This document shows, one piece after another, positions 1 through 8,787 of a stretch of 64,000 nt of DNA. How positions within the stretch are numbered: the stretch's first letter is position 1; the number at the start of each line of letters is the position of its first letter. The DNA is from an uncultured Candidatus Saccharibacteria bacterium (lineage in GTDB: Bacteria > Patescibacteriota > Saccharimonadia > Saccharimonadales > JACDBH01). The notes under the pieces are model-generated. The model made no database searches, was not told where the DNA came from, and worked only from the letters and a program-made list of their open reading frames with translations. The stretch covers positions 5,593-69,592 of the forward strand of contig CAZXOA010000003.1 in NCBI GenBank assembly GCA_964642275.1, in the 5' to 3' direction. The position numbers and the translations under genes are program-made.

Positions 1-1
1 C

Positions 2-238
2 ATCAAAGCTTGGTACATCTACATCAGATATAGCAACATCATTTGCATTATCCTTGGTAGCCTGGCGGTACACCCAGCGTCCAGCCAAAAATACTCCAAT
101 AATAATTAGCGCCACAATCACAACAGAAATCAATGCCAGCAACCACGCCAAACCTGCACGATCACGCCGTTCGCCTTCGTAGTATTTGTCTACCTCTGGT
201 AGAACTGAATCTGTCTTCTTTCGCCTGAATAATGCCAT
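2..238 (-). CDS. hypothetical membrane protein, N-terminal part only (gene runs off the left edge)
   Basis: Not in the ORF track because there is no stop inside the window. Reverse-strand ATG at 238-236 with GGAGAG a few nt upstream. My translation MALFRRKKTDSVLPEVDKYYEGERRDRAGLAWLLALISVVIVALIIIGVFLAGRWVYRQ... shows a charged N-terminus followed by one clear TM helix. Confidence 0.4.
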   Translation of the reverse strand, partial: MALFRRKKTDSVLPEVDKYYEGERRDRAGLAWLLALISVVIVALIIIGVFLAGRWVYRQATKDNANDVAISDVDVPSFD

Positions 239-421
239 GGTTCTCTCCCGTTTCGTGCTATTTTACTACATTTTAGCATTGTTTGCAACATTACTTACCT
301 AAATTATCGACTCGTCAATAACTTGGGTGAGGACAGTGTGAGAAAGAACGAATGAAGGCAGAGGCCGACAAGGCGAGGGGCATCTCTTGATAGAGGCTGT
401 ATCTTTATCGAATCTGTAGGC

Positions 422-997
422 CTAAGCAGTTTCCCACTGATATATGATGAGATGCTTGTGGGGGTTTATACAAAGTCTTTCTACTCCTCCAGGATCATGC
501 GGGTCGCTGCCCCTTACAACACACTTTGTTGAACTTGTCCTGATAATATCGCCAAGATCCATAGTATATCTATCGAGCAGTGGAATAACCCCTACACCCA
601 TAGTGAACTGTCGCAATGTCGTTATCGGAACCCAGGAATCTGTACAGGTTTGATTGTGGCAGTCTTTGAAGATACCCCCTGGTTGCAGTGCCTCCAGTGC
701 CTGAATGGAAGCACTGTCAACGATATAAACTCCTATATAACGCGGATCCATAAACGCACGACGCTGGTCAGACTCATAAATCTGTATACCCTTGTTCAGG
801 TGGTTATTTGCTTGGGCGGTAAGATTACCTCCCAAGCCATAGCTAAAGAAGAGCCAGACAATGAATATGAATAGGCCCAAAAGAATTACTATCCCGATCT
901 TTGTTATCCGTGATAAATTCTGCGGGATGTTTTTGTCATCAAGCCTTGAAAGGCCAGCCATCTCTCGCGCGGTAGGATCGTGCTGGCCTTTGCTCAT
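422..997 (-). CDS. hypothetical single-pass membrane protein (191 aa), apparently third gene of the groES-groEL transcription unit
   Basis: ORF track. TM helix IGIVILLGLFIFIVWLFFSYGL. Start lies 5 nt downstream of the groEL stop on the same strand. No family recognised. Confidence 0.6.
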   Translation of the reverse strand: MSKGQHDPTAREMAGLSRLDDKNIPQNLSRITKIGIVILLGLFIFIVWLFFSYGLGGNLTAQANNHLNKGIQIYESDQRRAFMDPRYIGVYIVDSASIQALEALQPGGIFKDCHNQTCTDSWVPITTLRQFTMGVGVIPLLDRYTMDLGDIIRTSSTKCVVRGSDPHDPGGVERLCINPHKHLIIYQWETA

Positions 998-1002
998 GGC
1001 TC

Positions 1003-2646
1003 TTACATCCCCATCATGCCGCCCATGCCTGACATGTCGGGGGCTACGGCGGCTTTGGCCTCTGGAACGTCTACAACCAGCGCGCCCATGGTGATAGCGG
1101 TACCGGCAATACTGGCGGCATTCTGCACGGCCTCTTTGGTGACGCGGGCCGGATCTACCACACCAGCGGCCTTGAGATCGACAAGTTTGCTTGGGTCATT
1201 AACGTTCACGCCCTGCCCCGGCTTGGCTTTCTTCACCTGCGGCAACCACTCGTCGGCATTGAGACCAGCGTTGGTCAACAGGATTCTAAATGGCTGCTCA
1301 AGCGCGCTGAGCAGGATAGTCTTGCCTGCGGCAACTGTTGCGTCATCATCTGTTGTCGATACTGTTGCTGCAACGTTGATGAGTGTCACCCCACCGCCAG
1401 ATACGATACCTTCATCCAAGGCAGCCTTCACAGCCGCTACAGCATCATCGACACGGAATTTCTTCTCTTCTATCTCGGTCTCTGTGGCACCGCCAACTTT
1501 GATGACGGCAACCTTGCCGTTGAGTGCCGCGCGACGCTTTTCGAGGTTTTCGCGGTCGTATTCGGAGCTGGCGTTGTCTATTTGGGCCGAGATCTGGGCA
1601 ATACGTGCTTTCAGGTCAGACGCTGCACCCTTACCCTCGATGATTGTCGTCTCATCTTTGGTCACGATGACTTTACGGGCAGAACCGATATCGGCAAGAC
1701 TTGCGCCGTCAAAGGCATTGTCGCCGCTCAGGAAAGTACCGCCGGTCAGGACTGCAATATCTTCGAGAATATCCTTGCGGCGGTCGCCAAAGCTTGGCGC
1801 CTTTACCGCCACCACATTCAGCACACCTTTGAGTTTGTTCAGTACCAGGCTCGCCAGCGCCTCGCCGTCAACGTCTTCGGCAATGATAACGATATCCTTC
1901 TTGCCAGTCTGTGCAATCGGCTCAAGTACTGGCAGGAATTCCTGCATTGAGCTGATTTTCTTGTCGGTAACAATAATGTGCGGGTTGTCGAGTACCGCCT
2001 CCATACGCGCGGTATCTGTCACCATGTAGGCGCTGACAAAACCGCGGTCAAAGGTAAAGCCTTCTACCACTTCGCTCTCGAGGTCGAGTCCCTTGCCCTC
2101 TTCCACCGTCACTACCCCGTCTTTGCCAACTTTTTCGATTACATCGGCAATCAGTGTGCCGATTTCGGCGTCACCAGCGGAGATAGTCGCTACCTCGGCC
2201 ACGCGCTTTTTGTTGCCGGCGATATCTTCACGCAGGCCATCAAGCGCCTTGATAACATCTTCGGCAGCAGCCTCAAGGCCTTTGCGCAGCTGCATCGGGT
2301 TATGGCCGGCGGCAATCAGCTTGTTGGCCTCGTTTAGAATGTGATAAGTCAGCACAGTTACAGTGGTCGTACCATCACCAGCGACGTCATTCATTTTGTT
2401 GGCGGCTTGCTTGATAAGCTCGGCGCCGACTTTGTAGCCCAAAGTTTCGTCATCGACATCAGCAATATCCACGCCTTTGGCAACGGTCACGCCATCGTGC
2501 GTAACTGTTGGGCCGCCGTAGCCCTTGCCAATCACCACATTGCGGCCTTTTGGCCCCATGGTTGTCTTGACTGCTTCGTATAGAATTTTTGCACCCTCGA
2601 GCACTCGCCTGCGAGCGTCTTCGTCATAAAAAACCTTCTTTGCCAT
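1003..2646 (-). CDS. groL: chaperonin GroEL (Cpn60)
   Basis: 547 aa. Full-length GroEL-type sequence with GDGTTT nucleotide motif, VAVKAPSFGDRRK segment and C-terminal Gly-Met tail (MSGMGGMMGM). Confidence 0.98.
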   Translation of the reverse strand: MAKKVFYDEDARRRVLEGAKILYEAVKTTMGPKGRNVVIGKGYGGPTVTHDGVTVAKGVDIADVDDETLGYKVGAELIKQAANKMNDVAGDGTTTVTVLTYHILNEANKLIAAGHNPMQLRKGLEAAAEDVIKALDGLREDIAGNKKRVAEVATISAGDAEIGTLIADVIEKVGKDGVVTVEEGKGLDLESEVVEGFTFDRGFVSAYMVTDTARMEAVLDNPHIIVTDKKISSMQEFLPVLEPIAQTGKKDIVIIAEDVDGEALASLVLNKLKGVLNVVAVKAPSFGDRRKDILEDIAVLTGGTFLSGDNAFDGASLADIGSARKVIVTKDETTIIEGKGAASDLKARIAQISAQIDNASSEYDRENLEKRRAALNGKVAVIKVGGATETEIEEKKFRVDDAVAAVKAALDEGIVSGGGVTLINVAATVSTTDDDATVAAGKTILLSALEQPFRILLTNAGLNADEWLPQVKKAKPGQGVNVNDPSKLVDLKAAGVVDPARVTKEAVQNAASIAGTAITMGALVVDVPEAKAAVAPDMSGMGGMMGM

Positions 2647-2773
2647 CGTATCTCCTCAATTAGCCATGGACAATGTGCTATTTGCAAAAAATTTGCGATT
2701 AGCTGTTGGCCATGAATTGTTAATTGCAAATTGCTACTATTTTGCCAATTGCGCATAGCTCATGGCAAATCGG

Positions 2774-3064
2774 CTATCTTACGATAGCCACTATGTCTTC
2801 CTCGCGGATCAGCTGATAGTCGTCGCCACCGAATTCCAGCTTGGCATCGGTGCTGGCATAGTTTTTTGCAATAACTCTATCGCCCACTTTTACTTCAGCA
2901 ACCGCCTTGCCCACAGCCACAACCTTCAGGGTTGTATCCTCGTCCTTGACCGATGCAGCCAGCAAGATGCCGCTGCCTGTTTTGAGTTCTTTTTTCTCTT
3001 CGCGGACGCATACCACGAAGTCCCTGAGAGGGGTAATTGGCACAGTGTTTGCCATGTCTGTCAT
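2774..3064 (-). CDS. groS: co-chaperonin GroES (Cpn10)
   Basis: 96 aa, directly upstream of groEL on the same strand. Typical ...ITPLRDFVV...SGILL...VVAVG...GDRVI... pattern. Confidence 0.95.
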   Translation of the reverse strand: MTDMANTVPITPLRDFVVCVREEKKELKTGSGILLAASVKDEDTTLKVVAVGKAVAEVKVGDRVIAKNYASTDAKLEFGGDDYQLIREEDIVAIVR

Positions 3065-3113
3065 TCCTCCGTTTAGATTAAGATTGGTAAACCTCGCAAG
3101 TGTTCACCAATCA

Positions 3114-3152
3114 CTAGCACTCACTATACATGAGTGCTAATTTTGCCGTCAA
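3114..3152 (-). promoter_or_regulatory. groES promoter with overlapping CIRCE (HrcA-type) operator
   Basis: Inverted repeat CTAGCACTC-N9-GAGTGCTAA at 3114-3140 (CIRCE consensus is TTAGCACTC-N9-GAGTGCTAA). On the minus strand there is TTGACG (3152-3147), an 18 nt spacer, then TATAGT (3128-3123), so the -10 sits inside the operator spacer. Confidence 0.85.
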
Positions 3153-3162
3153 CCGTTCACTG

Positions 3163-3726
3163 CTATGAATCGAAGGGAACTATCTCAAAGCCAGCTCTAA
3201 AGGCATGGTTCATCTCTCTCAGTCCTTTTATAGAACCCAGATGCTGCTGGACGCTACCAAGAACCAATTCCTCATCAAATACCTCAATTTCTTCCGAGAG
3301 TCCCTTACTAAAGAGCTCTCGAGCTTCCGATGTTCTGTCATTTTTATGCATGTAAGGTCGAACTCCTTCGGCATCAATTTCAAACATCGCCTCTGTCTCA
3401 TTAGCCTCGACATGCCGCAGCCATATCCTATTGAGAAATGCGTCGGGTACTGCGTCGACTGGCACAAATACATACATGTGACGCTTGCTCAGTGCACCCT
3501 TGGCACTCAGAAACTGTTGTTTTGAGTCCATGCGGAAGGCAACAGTATGCTCAGGTGTTTCGACCGCTACTCCTTGTAGATAGCCCTTTTGAGTTGCCTC
3601 AAGAGAAACGGCACGTCTATATGCAAGACTAGCACGCTGTAGGAGCAGCCGCCTCAAGCGGTGCTCTCTGTCCATAAGGACTTCCAAGTTTTGTGCGCGT
3701 TCTGAAGTGTTCATATTTATAAACAT
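3163..3726 (-). CDS. hypothetical protein (187 aa), no family recognised
   Basis: ORF track. Longest frame here, with overlapping ORFs that are shorter and low-complexity. AT-rich upstream region. No TM or signal peptide seen. Confidence 0.55.
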   Translation of the reverse strand: MFINMNTSERAQNLEVLMDREHRLRRLLLQRASLAYRRAVSLEATQKGYLQGVAVETPEHTVAFRMDSKQQFLSAKGALSKRHMYVFVPVDAVPDAFLNRIWLRHVEANETEAMFEIDAEGVRPYMHKNDRTSEARELFSKGLSEEIEVFDEELVLGSVQQHLGSIKGLREMNHAFRAGFEIVPFDS

Positions 3727-3848
3727 ATTTTAGAATAAAGTTTATAAATAATCAATTATATTCTTGATAAATCAATGCCAGAGGTGTATGATTGGCTGAA
3801 TCCCTAACCTGGGACACCGACGACCACATACAAAGGAAGTGGTAGTAC

Positions 3849-4229
3849 ATGTACAACAGCCAGATCGGCCAATTCAACATCGAAAGCATGGTGCTGGATC
3901 CGCCGCCCTACATCCGCCTCTGGACTGACGCTCCAGTCAACTCACCTGTCGCTCTCGAGTGGCTCGAGGAACTGCGTAATGGTCCCCGGGGCGTGGCGGA
4001 GATCACGGACATCAGCGTCGGCGAACACTATGTCATCCTCGAACTATCCGATGTTGTCAGCGACAGCGAGGAGGCCCGCGAGGTCGTGCGTTGCTTCATG
4101 CAGCGCGTGGCCACAGCCGCGACTGAGTTCACCGAGTGGGACATCGCTCGCTTCAGGAGCCTCGCCGTGTTCGACCCGCGTCGGGCGGAGGTGGTCTACG
4201 CGCCTACTTCGATGACGATCGATCACTGA
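3849..4229 (+). CDS. hypothetical protein (126 aa) in a high-GC islet
   Basis: ATG preceded by AAGGAAG. Acidic soluble protein. Visibly higher G+C than its neighbours (39/60 in the one line I counted, 4081-4140). Confidence 0.55.
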   Translation: MYNSQIGQFNIESMVLDPPPYIRLWTDAPVNSPVALEWLEELRNGPRGVAEITDISVGEHYVILELSDVVSDSEEAREVVRCFMQRVATAATEFTEWDIARFRSLAVFDPRRAEVVYAPTSMTIDH

Positions 4230-4394
4230 ACGTCGGGACCCGGATGGCCATCGGAAGACAATGTCGTCTTCCCTTGCCCATCCGGGCTCTGGGCTTGGTT
4301 TTACCGGGTAGAGTATTTTGACCGACGCATCTGCGCCGACCAACCTAACTCCCGACCAAAACCAAGCCCGATCCCAACCTTTTAGCTATTTTGT

Positions 4395-4420
4395 CCGCCA
4401 CGAAGGCGGTTTTTTATTTT
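4395..4420 (+). terminator. rho-independent terminator closing the high-GC islet (overlaps the stop of the convergent Mur ligase gene)
   Basis: CCGCC-ACGAA-GGCGG stem-loop (4395-4409) followed by TTTTTTATTTTT. Confidence 0.6.
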
Positions 4421-5664
4421 TCTAGGATTTCACGTGCGATTTCGCGTTCGTCCCACGGCATTTTTTTGCCGCCCATGGTGCGGTAGGTCTGGTGGCCGAT
4501 ACCTGTCAGCAACACGGTGTCGCCAGGTTTTGCCTCTGATAATGCCTGTCTGATAGCGTCTTTTCTATCTGGAATCACCTGGGTTTTGGCCTCGCCATCC
4601 GTCTTTTTGATACCTTCGTACACGGCATCAATGATTGCCTGCGGGTTCTCGGTATACGTCTCGTCATCTGTCAGATAGACATAATCCGCCAGGTCGGCCG
4701 CAACTTTGCCCATATCCGGCCTCTTGCCCTTGTCACGGTCGCCCGTGGCGCCAAATACCAGCCGGATATTCCCCTTTGTGGTGTCTCTGACAGTCTGCAG
4801 TACGTTTTTTAGCGCCTCGGCTGTGACGGCATAGTCCACAATCACCTCAAAGTCCTGTCCGGCCCCGATGCGCTCCATACGCCCCGGCACGCGCTTTAGG
4901 CTGGCAATCCCCTGCTCTATCTGATCGCCGGATAGCCCCACGGCTCCGCCGACACCAATGGCCGCCAGGCAGTTGTAGATATTGAACCGCCCAGGGATAT
5001 GACAGGTAATTTTTAGTTCCTTCCCCTTATAAAAAGCCGTAAACGTTGAGCCCGAAGCCGTCAGCGTGATGTCCCGTGCCTGCAGATCACCCTTGTCCAC
5101 CCCATACAAAATGGGGTTTGTGATGTCGCGCTTGAACAGCTCGGCATTGGGATCTTCGGCGTTGATAATCCCCACGCGCAGGCCCTTCTTATGCCGATTC
5201 GCCTGCTGGAATAATTTGCGCTTAGCGTCGCGATACTTTTCAAACGTCTCATGATAATCCAAGTGCTCATGTGTGACATTGGTCATAACGGCAATTTCGT
5301 ACGGCACGCCCCATGTCCGCCCCTGATGCAAAGCATGGCTTGAGGTCTCTAACACTACCCACTCCACGCCATTTTGTTTCATCTTGCCGAGCATATCCAG
5401 CAGCATGCTGACGCTCGGGGTTGTTTGCGATGTAGGACTCGGCTCTTCGCCGCTACCATAGTCTACGACTACAGTTGTAACCAGACCCACCTTGATACCG
5501 CTATCTCGCAGCATCTGAGCAACCATCAAGCAAGTCGTTGACTTACCATCAGTACCCGTTATACCAATAACCCTCATGCCGCGCAGCGGAAAGCCTCGTA
5601 ACCCATGATGCAAAACAGCCTCGATACGATGCAGCGGCGGCTTTATAGCTTCGACAATACCCAT
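4414..5664 (-). CDS. murE: Mur ligase, MurE-like, lacking the usual N-terminal domain
   Basis: 416 aa. P-loop GITGTDGKSTT at residues ~35-45. MurE-like C-terminal block DYAVTAEAL...FGATGDRDKGKRPDMG...YLTDDETYTENP. Confidence 0.8.
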   Translation of the reverse strand: MGIVEAIKPPLHRIEAVLHHGLRGFPLRGMRVIGITGTDGKSTTCLMVAQMLRDSGIKVGLVTTVVVDYGSGEEPSPTSQTTPSVSMLLDMLGKMKQNGVEWVVLETSSHALHQGRTWGVPYEIAVMTNVTHEHLDYHETFEKYRDAKRKLFQQANRHKKGLRVGIINAEDPNAELFKRDITNPILYGVDKGDLQARDITLTASGSTFTAFYKGKELKITCHIPGRFNIYNCLAAIGVGGAVGLSGDQIEQGIASLKRVPGRMERIGAGQDFEVIVDYAVTAEALKNVLQTVRDTTKGNIRLVFGATGDRDKGKRPDMGKVAADLADYVYLTDDETYTENPQAIIDAVYEGIKKTDGEAKTQVIPDRKDAIRQALSEAKPGDTVLLTGIGHQTYRTMGGKKMPWDEREIAREILEK

Positions 5665-5671
5665 ATAACCA

Positions 5672-5681
5672 AAGTATACTT
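5672..5681. promoter_or_regulatory. palindromic shared -10 element (AAGTATACTT) in the 23-nt divergent murE-like/tsaD gap
   Basis: TATACT reads on both strands. It lies 7 nt before the tsaD ATG (5688) and 8 nt before the murE-like ATG (5664). The gap has no room for an SD or a 5' UTR. Confidence 0.45.
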
Positions 5682-5687
5682 GATACG

Positions 5688-6755
5688 ATGAGAATTTTGG
5701 GCATAGAGAGCAGTTGCGACGAAACGGCAGCCGCGGTGGTCGAGATTGATGGCAGTCTGAACTGCACGCTGCTATCGAACGTAGTAGCCAGCAGCATGGA
5801 TCTTCACGTGCAATACGGCGGCGTGGTGCCCGAGATTGCAGCGCGTAGCCATATCGAGTCGATCATCCCTGTTATTGACAGGGCCGTCGCGCCTATCGGC
5901 TGGAATAACATTGACGGCATTGCCGTCACCCACGGGGCAGGACTCGGCGGTTCGCTTCTGGTAGGTGTCATGACCGCCCGTACATTGGCAATCACCAAGA
6001 ATAAACCCCTGTATGCCATGAACCACGTCGAGGGGCATGTCTACGCCAACTTCATTACCAAGACTCCCTTGTCCGGGTACGCCTTGCCGACTGCCGCGCC
6101 TGAATTCCCTTGTCTCGCCCTGATTGTCAGCGGCGGACACAGCCAATTGGCGCTCTTCCGTGATCATTTCGATTACACCTTGCTTGGGCAAACACAGGAC
6201 GATGCCGTTGGTGAGGCCTTTGATAAAGTAGCCAAAATTATCGGCCTGCCCTACCCTGGCGGCCCTTCTGTCGGTAAAAAAGCTCTTGAAGGCGACCCGC
6301 ACGCTTTCAACCTTCCAAAAGCAAAGATGGAGCGGAAATACGATTTTTCATTCTCCGGCCTAAAAACAGCCGTCCTACGGCAGGCACAAACCATGTGCGG
6401 GCAAGATTTCACGTTTCCATCCAGAATGCTGCCAGAGGCCCTCTCAGAGCCTCAGAAGGCCGACATTGCAGCTGTATTCCAACGTGTATCTATCGAAACC
6501 GTGGTTGATAAGACGACCCAAGCCTTTGAGGAGTTCTCTCCTGCCTCGGTGGTCATCGCTGGCGGCGTAGCTGCATCACCGGAGTTAAGACGCCAGCTCA
6601 AAGAGAGATTGCCCATAGAAATAAACTATCAGGACCCCAAACTCTGCACCGACAACGGTGCCATGATCGCTGCCCTCGGCGCCTTCAAAATGAAGCTCGG
6701 CCAGCCCGCCGCTGAACCCTACTCTCTCGAGATCCAACCAAACCTATCGATGTAG
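5688..6755 (+). CDS. tsaD: tRNA N6-adenosine threonylcarbamoyltransferase TsaD
   Basis: 355 aa. N-terminus MRILGIESSCDETAAAVV and the rest are typical of the Kae1/TsaD family. Confidence 0.95.
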   Translation: MRILGIESSCDETAAAVVEIDGSLNCTLLSNVVASSMDLHVQYGGVVPEIAARSHIESIIPVIDRAVAPIGWNNIDGIAVTHGAGLGGSLLVGVMTARTLAITKNKPLYAMNHVEGHVYANFITKTPLSGYALPTAAPEFPCLALIVSGGHSQLALFRDHFDYTLLGQTQDDAVGEAFDKVAKIIGLPYPGGPSVGKKALEGDPHAFNLPKAKMERKYDFSFSGLKTAVLRQAQTMCGQDFTFPSRMLPEALSEPQKADIAAVFQRVSIETVVDKTTQAFEEFSPASVVIAGGVAASPELRRQLKERLPIEINYQDPKLCTDNGAMIAALGAFKMKLGQPAAEPYSLEIQPNLSM

Positions 6756-6757
6756 AC

Positions 6758-8686
6758 CTAAAATGGACTATTTCTCATCTCTGTTGGTACCGTCTCAATT
6801 CTTGACGCATAGGGTAACACTCCCATCTCTACTGCCCGACGGCGCGTTGCACGAGGTGATGCCGCAAGCCAGTGCCACATACCGTCACCCTGAAACTTTG
6901 TCCAGTCAAAATCTGCCTTAACTCTGCCGTGCCTTGGGTCGTCCTCATATACCGTTGCCTCTTGAAGCGCCTTACCAAACTCTGTCTCAAACTTGGCCTC
7001 CCCGGAGTGATCATGCAAACCGGTGGGTACGCCTATGTTGCCTGCCAGTTCATTATTTGATTCTTGAAACCCATAAGATGTGGTGTAATGAGTACCGCCC
7101 TCAACTACCCGGCCTCCTTGCCTACGAATCGCTGCCTTTACTAGTGTGGTGCGCACCCTTTCGGCAAGAGCCTTGTGGAGCGTTTCATTTGTAGCAAGCA
7201 TGTCATCGTCTCCAAGAACACTGGTGAGCAACTCCTCTGGATTATCAATTCCTGGATATTTGTCTACGATCGCCTGCATATCATCGGCTACGGATTGATG
7301 TCTATCAATGTCTTTCTGGGGAAGGGTGTAACTGAGGTTCTCCCTCGCATTTTTTAGTCTGTTGAGAATATCAAAGTCGCTACCAATCAAATCCTCTTCA
7401 AACTTACGGTAGCCTAGCAACTCCTGGGCAGCCCGTCGATTCATCACTTCTGATACGAGCTCCGAACCTCGTAGCTCAGCAATTTCATGTGCCAACTTGT
7501 TTGCACCCTGCGCAGACCTCAGGTCGTTGGTACTGAACACCCACTTATCCTGGCCTTGCGCTATTTTGCCGTCAACAGACTCATTAGTCATCTCTATGAC
7601 AACCGTCCCAATCGGCAGAACCAGCCCCTCTCCTGGATTTACTGCAAAGTAGGTATCCACATCAGCCATCGCCGCTGGAGCACCATTAGCTTCAAGCAAA
7701 CCCGCCATCGGTGTCACAACAGTGAAGGGCCGGGCGCTAAACGTACCGTCCGAATGACTCTCGACCGGATGATTCATGGAAAAATGTATGGTGTCACGCG
7801 GAAATTGGTCTACCCTACCCTGATTAAACCCTGCTGTAGCACGTAGAAACCGACCGACTAAGGGATTGGTTTGGGTCGTGTGCACTGCCACAAGCCCTGC
7901 CTCGCGGACCCTTTCAATCACCCGAGCATCAACAAGTTCACCAGGTTCCGCAACGCGAGGATCCTCTATCTCTGCGCCCTCTATTCCAAGCCTACCTGCC
8001 TGTTGACTAACATAGTATTGCTGTAGTTTCTTTTCGCGATTTTCTACCTCTGCCATTGCCTCAGGGTTGCCCGCAGCTGCTAATGTAGCGAGCATCAAGC
8101 CCTCTTCCCTCTTTCCTCCGTCCAAAGCTGAGAGTGCCGATGCAGCAAAGATTTTATCTTCGATATCAAATAGGGCTTGGCTAGCTCCTGGATCGTTACG
8201 TAGTCGCAATAGACCTGGGAGGCGTGAAGGATCACCTTGACCATGCTTTATAAGGTGGAGCGCTGTGTCTATAACACCTTCTGGTGTAGCTGGCGCGTGG
8301 AGTACTACTTTATCTGCTGCTCGCTGACCTGCCATCTCCCATATTGATTCAGCCTGACTATCAAATGTCTCTGCGGCAGGTGTCGACATTATGGCGCTTC
8401 CGTCCTTTCGGCCACCTGTTACCATATCCGTCCATTCACCGAATCTATCACTACCAGTATGTAATGGATGTACATCGGCAGCTAAAACAACGCCAAGACT
8501 GGGCTGGTGTTCGTCTTCGATAAGAGGAAGTTCTTCCCTACCCCTGAACTGCACTTCTACATCACCGAATCCAAATCTAGTACGCTCAAAGCCTTGTGTG
8601 TCCACCACTGTCGTAGTAGTGAACAGCTGCTCCTGACTACGCAACGTTTCATTTGGATTTAACTGGAGTGAAAAAGTTTCTGTCAT
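6758..8686 (-). CDS. large hypothetical cytoplasmic protein (642 aa), orphan
   Basis: Long uninterrupted ORF with diverse composition. No signal peptide, TM or P-loop seen. Near-consensus promoter upstream (TTGACA-17-TACAAT). Confidence 0.7.
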   Translation of the reverse strand: MTETFSLQLNPNETLRSQEQLFTTTTVVDTQGFERTRFGFGDVEVQFRGREELPLIEDEHQPSLGVVLAADVHPLHTGSDRFGEWTDMVTGGRKDGSAIMSTPAAETFDSQAESIWEMAGQRAADKVVLHAPATPEGVIDTALHLIKHGQGDPSRLPGLLRLRNDPGASQALFDIEDKIFAASALSALDGGKREEGLMLATLAAAGNPEAMAEVENREKKLQQYYVSQQAGRLGIEGAEIEDPRVAEPGELVDARVIERVREAGLVAVHTTQTNPLVGRFLRATAGFNQGRVDQFPRDTIHFSMNHPVESHSDGTFSARPFTVVTPMAGLLEANGAPAAMADVDTYFAVNPGEGLVLPIGTVVIEMTNESVDGKIAQGQDKWVFSTNDLRSAQGANKLAHEIAELRGSELVSEVMNRRAAQELLGYRKFEEDLIGSDFDILNRLKNARENLSYTLPQKDIDRHQSVADDMQAIVDKYPGIDNPEELLTSVLGDDDMLATNETLHKALAERVRTTLVKAAIRRQGGRVVEGGTHYTTSYGFQESNNELAGNIGVPTGLHDHSGEAKFETEFGKALQEATVYEDDPRHGRVKADFDWTKFQGDGMWHWLAASPRATRRRAVEMGVLPYASRIETVPTEMRNSPF

Positions 8687-8721
8687 TTTTAAGGTTTTTT
8701 GTTTTATGTTGTTATAAGCTC

Positions 8722-8781
8722 ATTGTAGCAAAAAACTTATGTTTTGTCAACGGTTGACATAAGCAAGATGAAGGGTATGCT
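8722..8781. promoter_or_regulatory. back-to-back sigma70-like promoters sharing a palindromic -35 (TGTCAA-CGG-TTGACA)
   Basis: Minus strand has TTGACA (8750-8745), 17 nt, TACAAT (8727-8722), directed toward the 642-aa gene. Plus strand has TTGACA (8754-8759), 16 nt, TATGCT (8776-8781). Confidence 0.45.
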
Positions 8782-8787
8782 GAGAAG

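Noticed and set aside
980-2029. 349-aa plus-strand ORF, and the other 80-120-aa ORFs overlapping groEL
   Set aside because: It is antisense to an unmistakable GroEL gene. The translation is Ala/Ser/Thr/Pro low-complexity, as is typical of the reverse frame of a real gene, and there is no start context.
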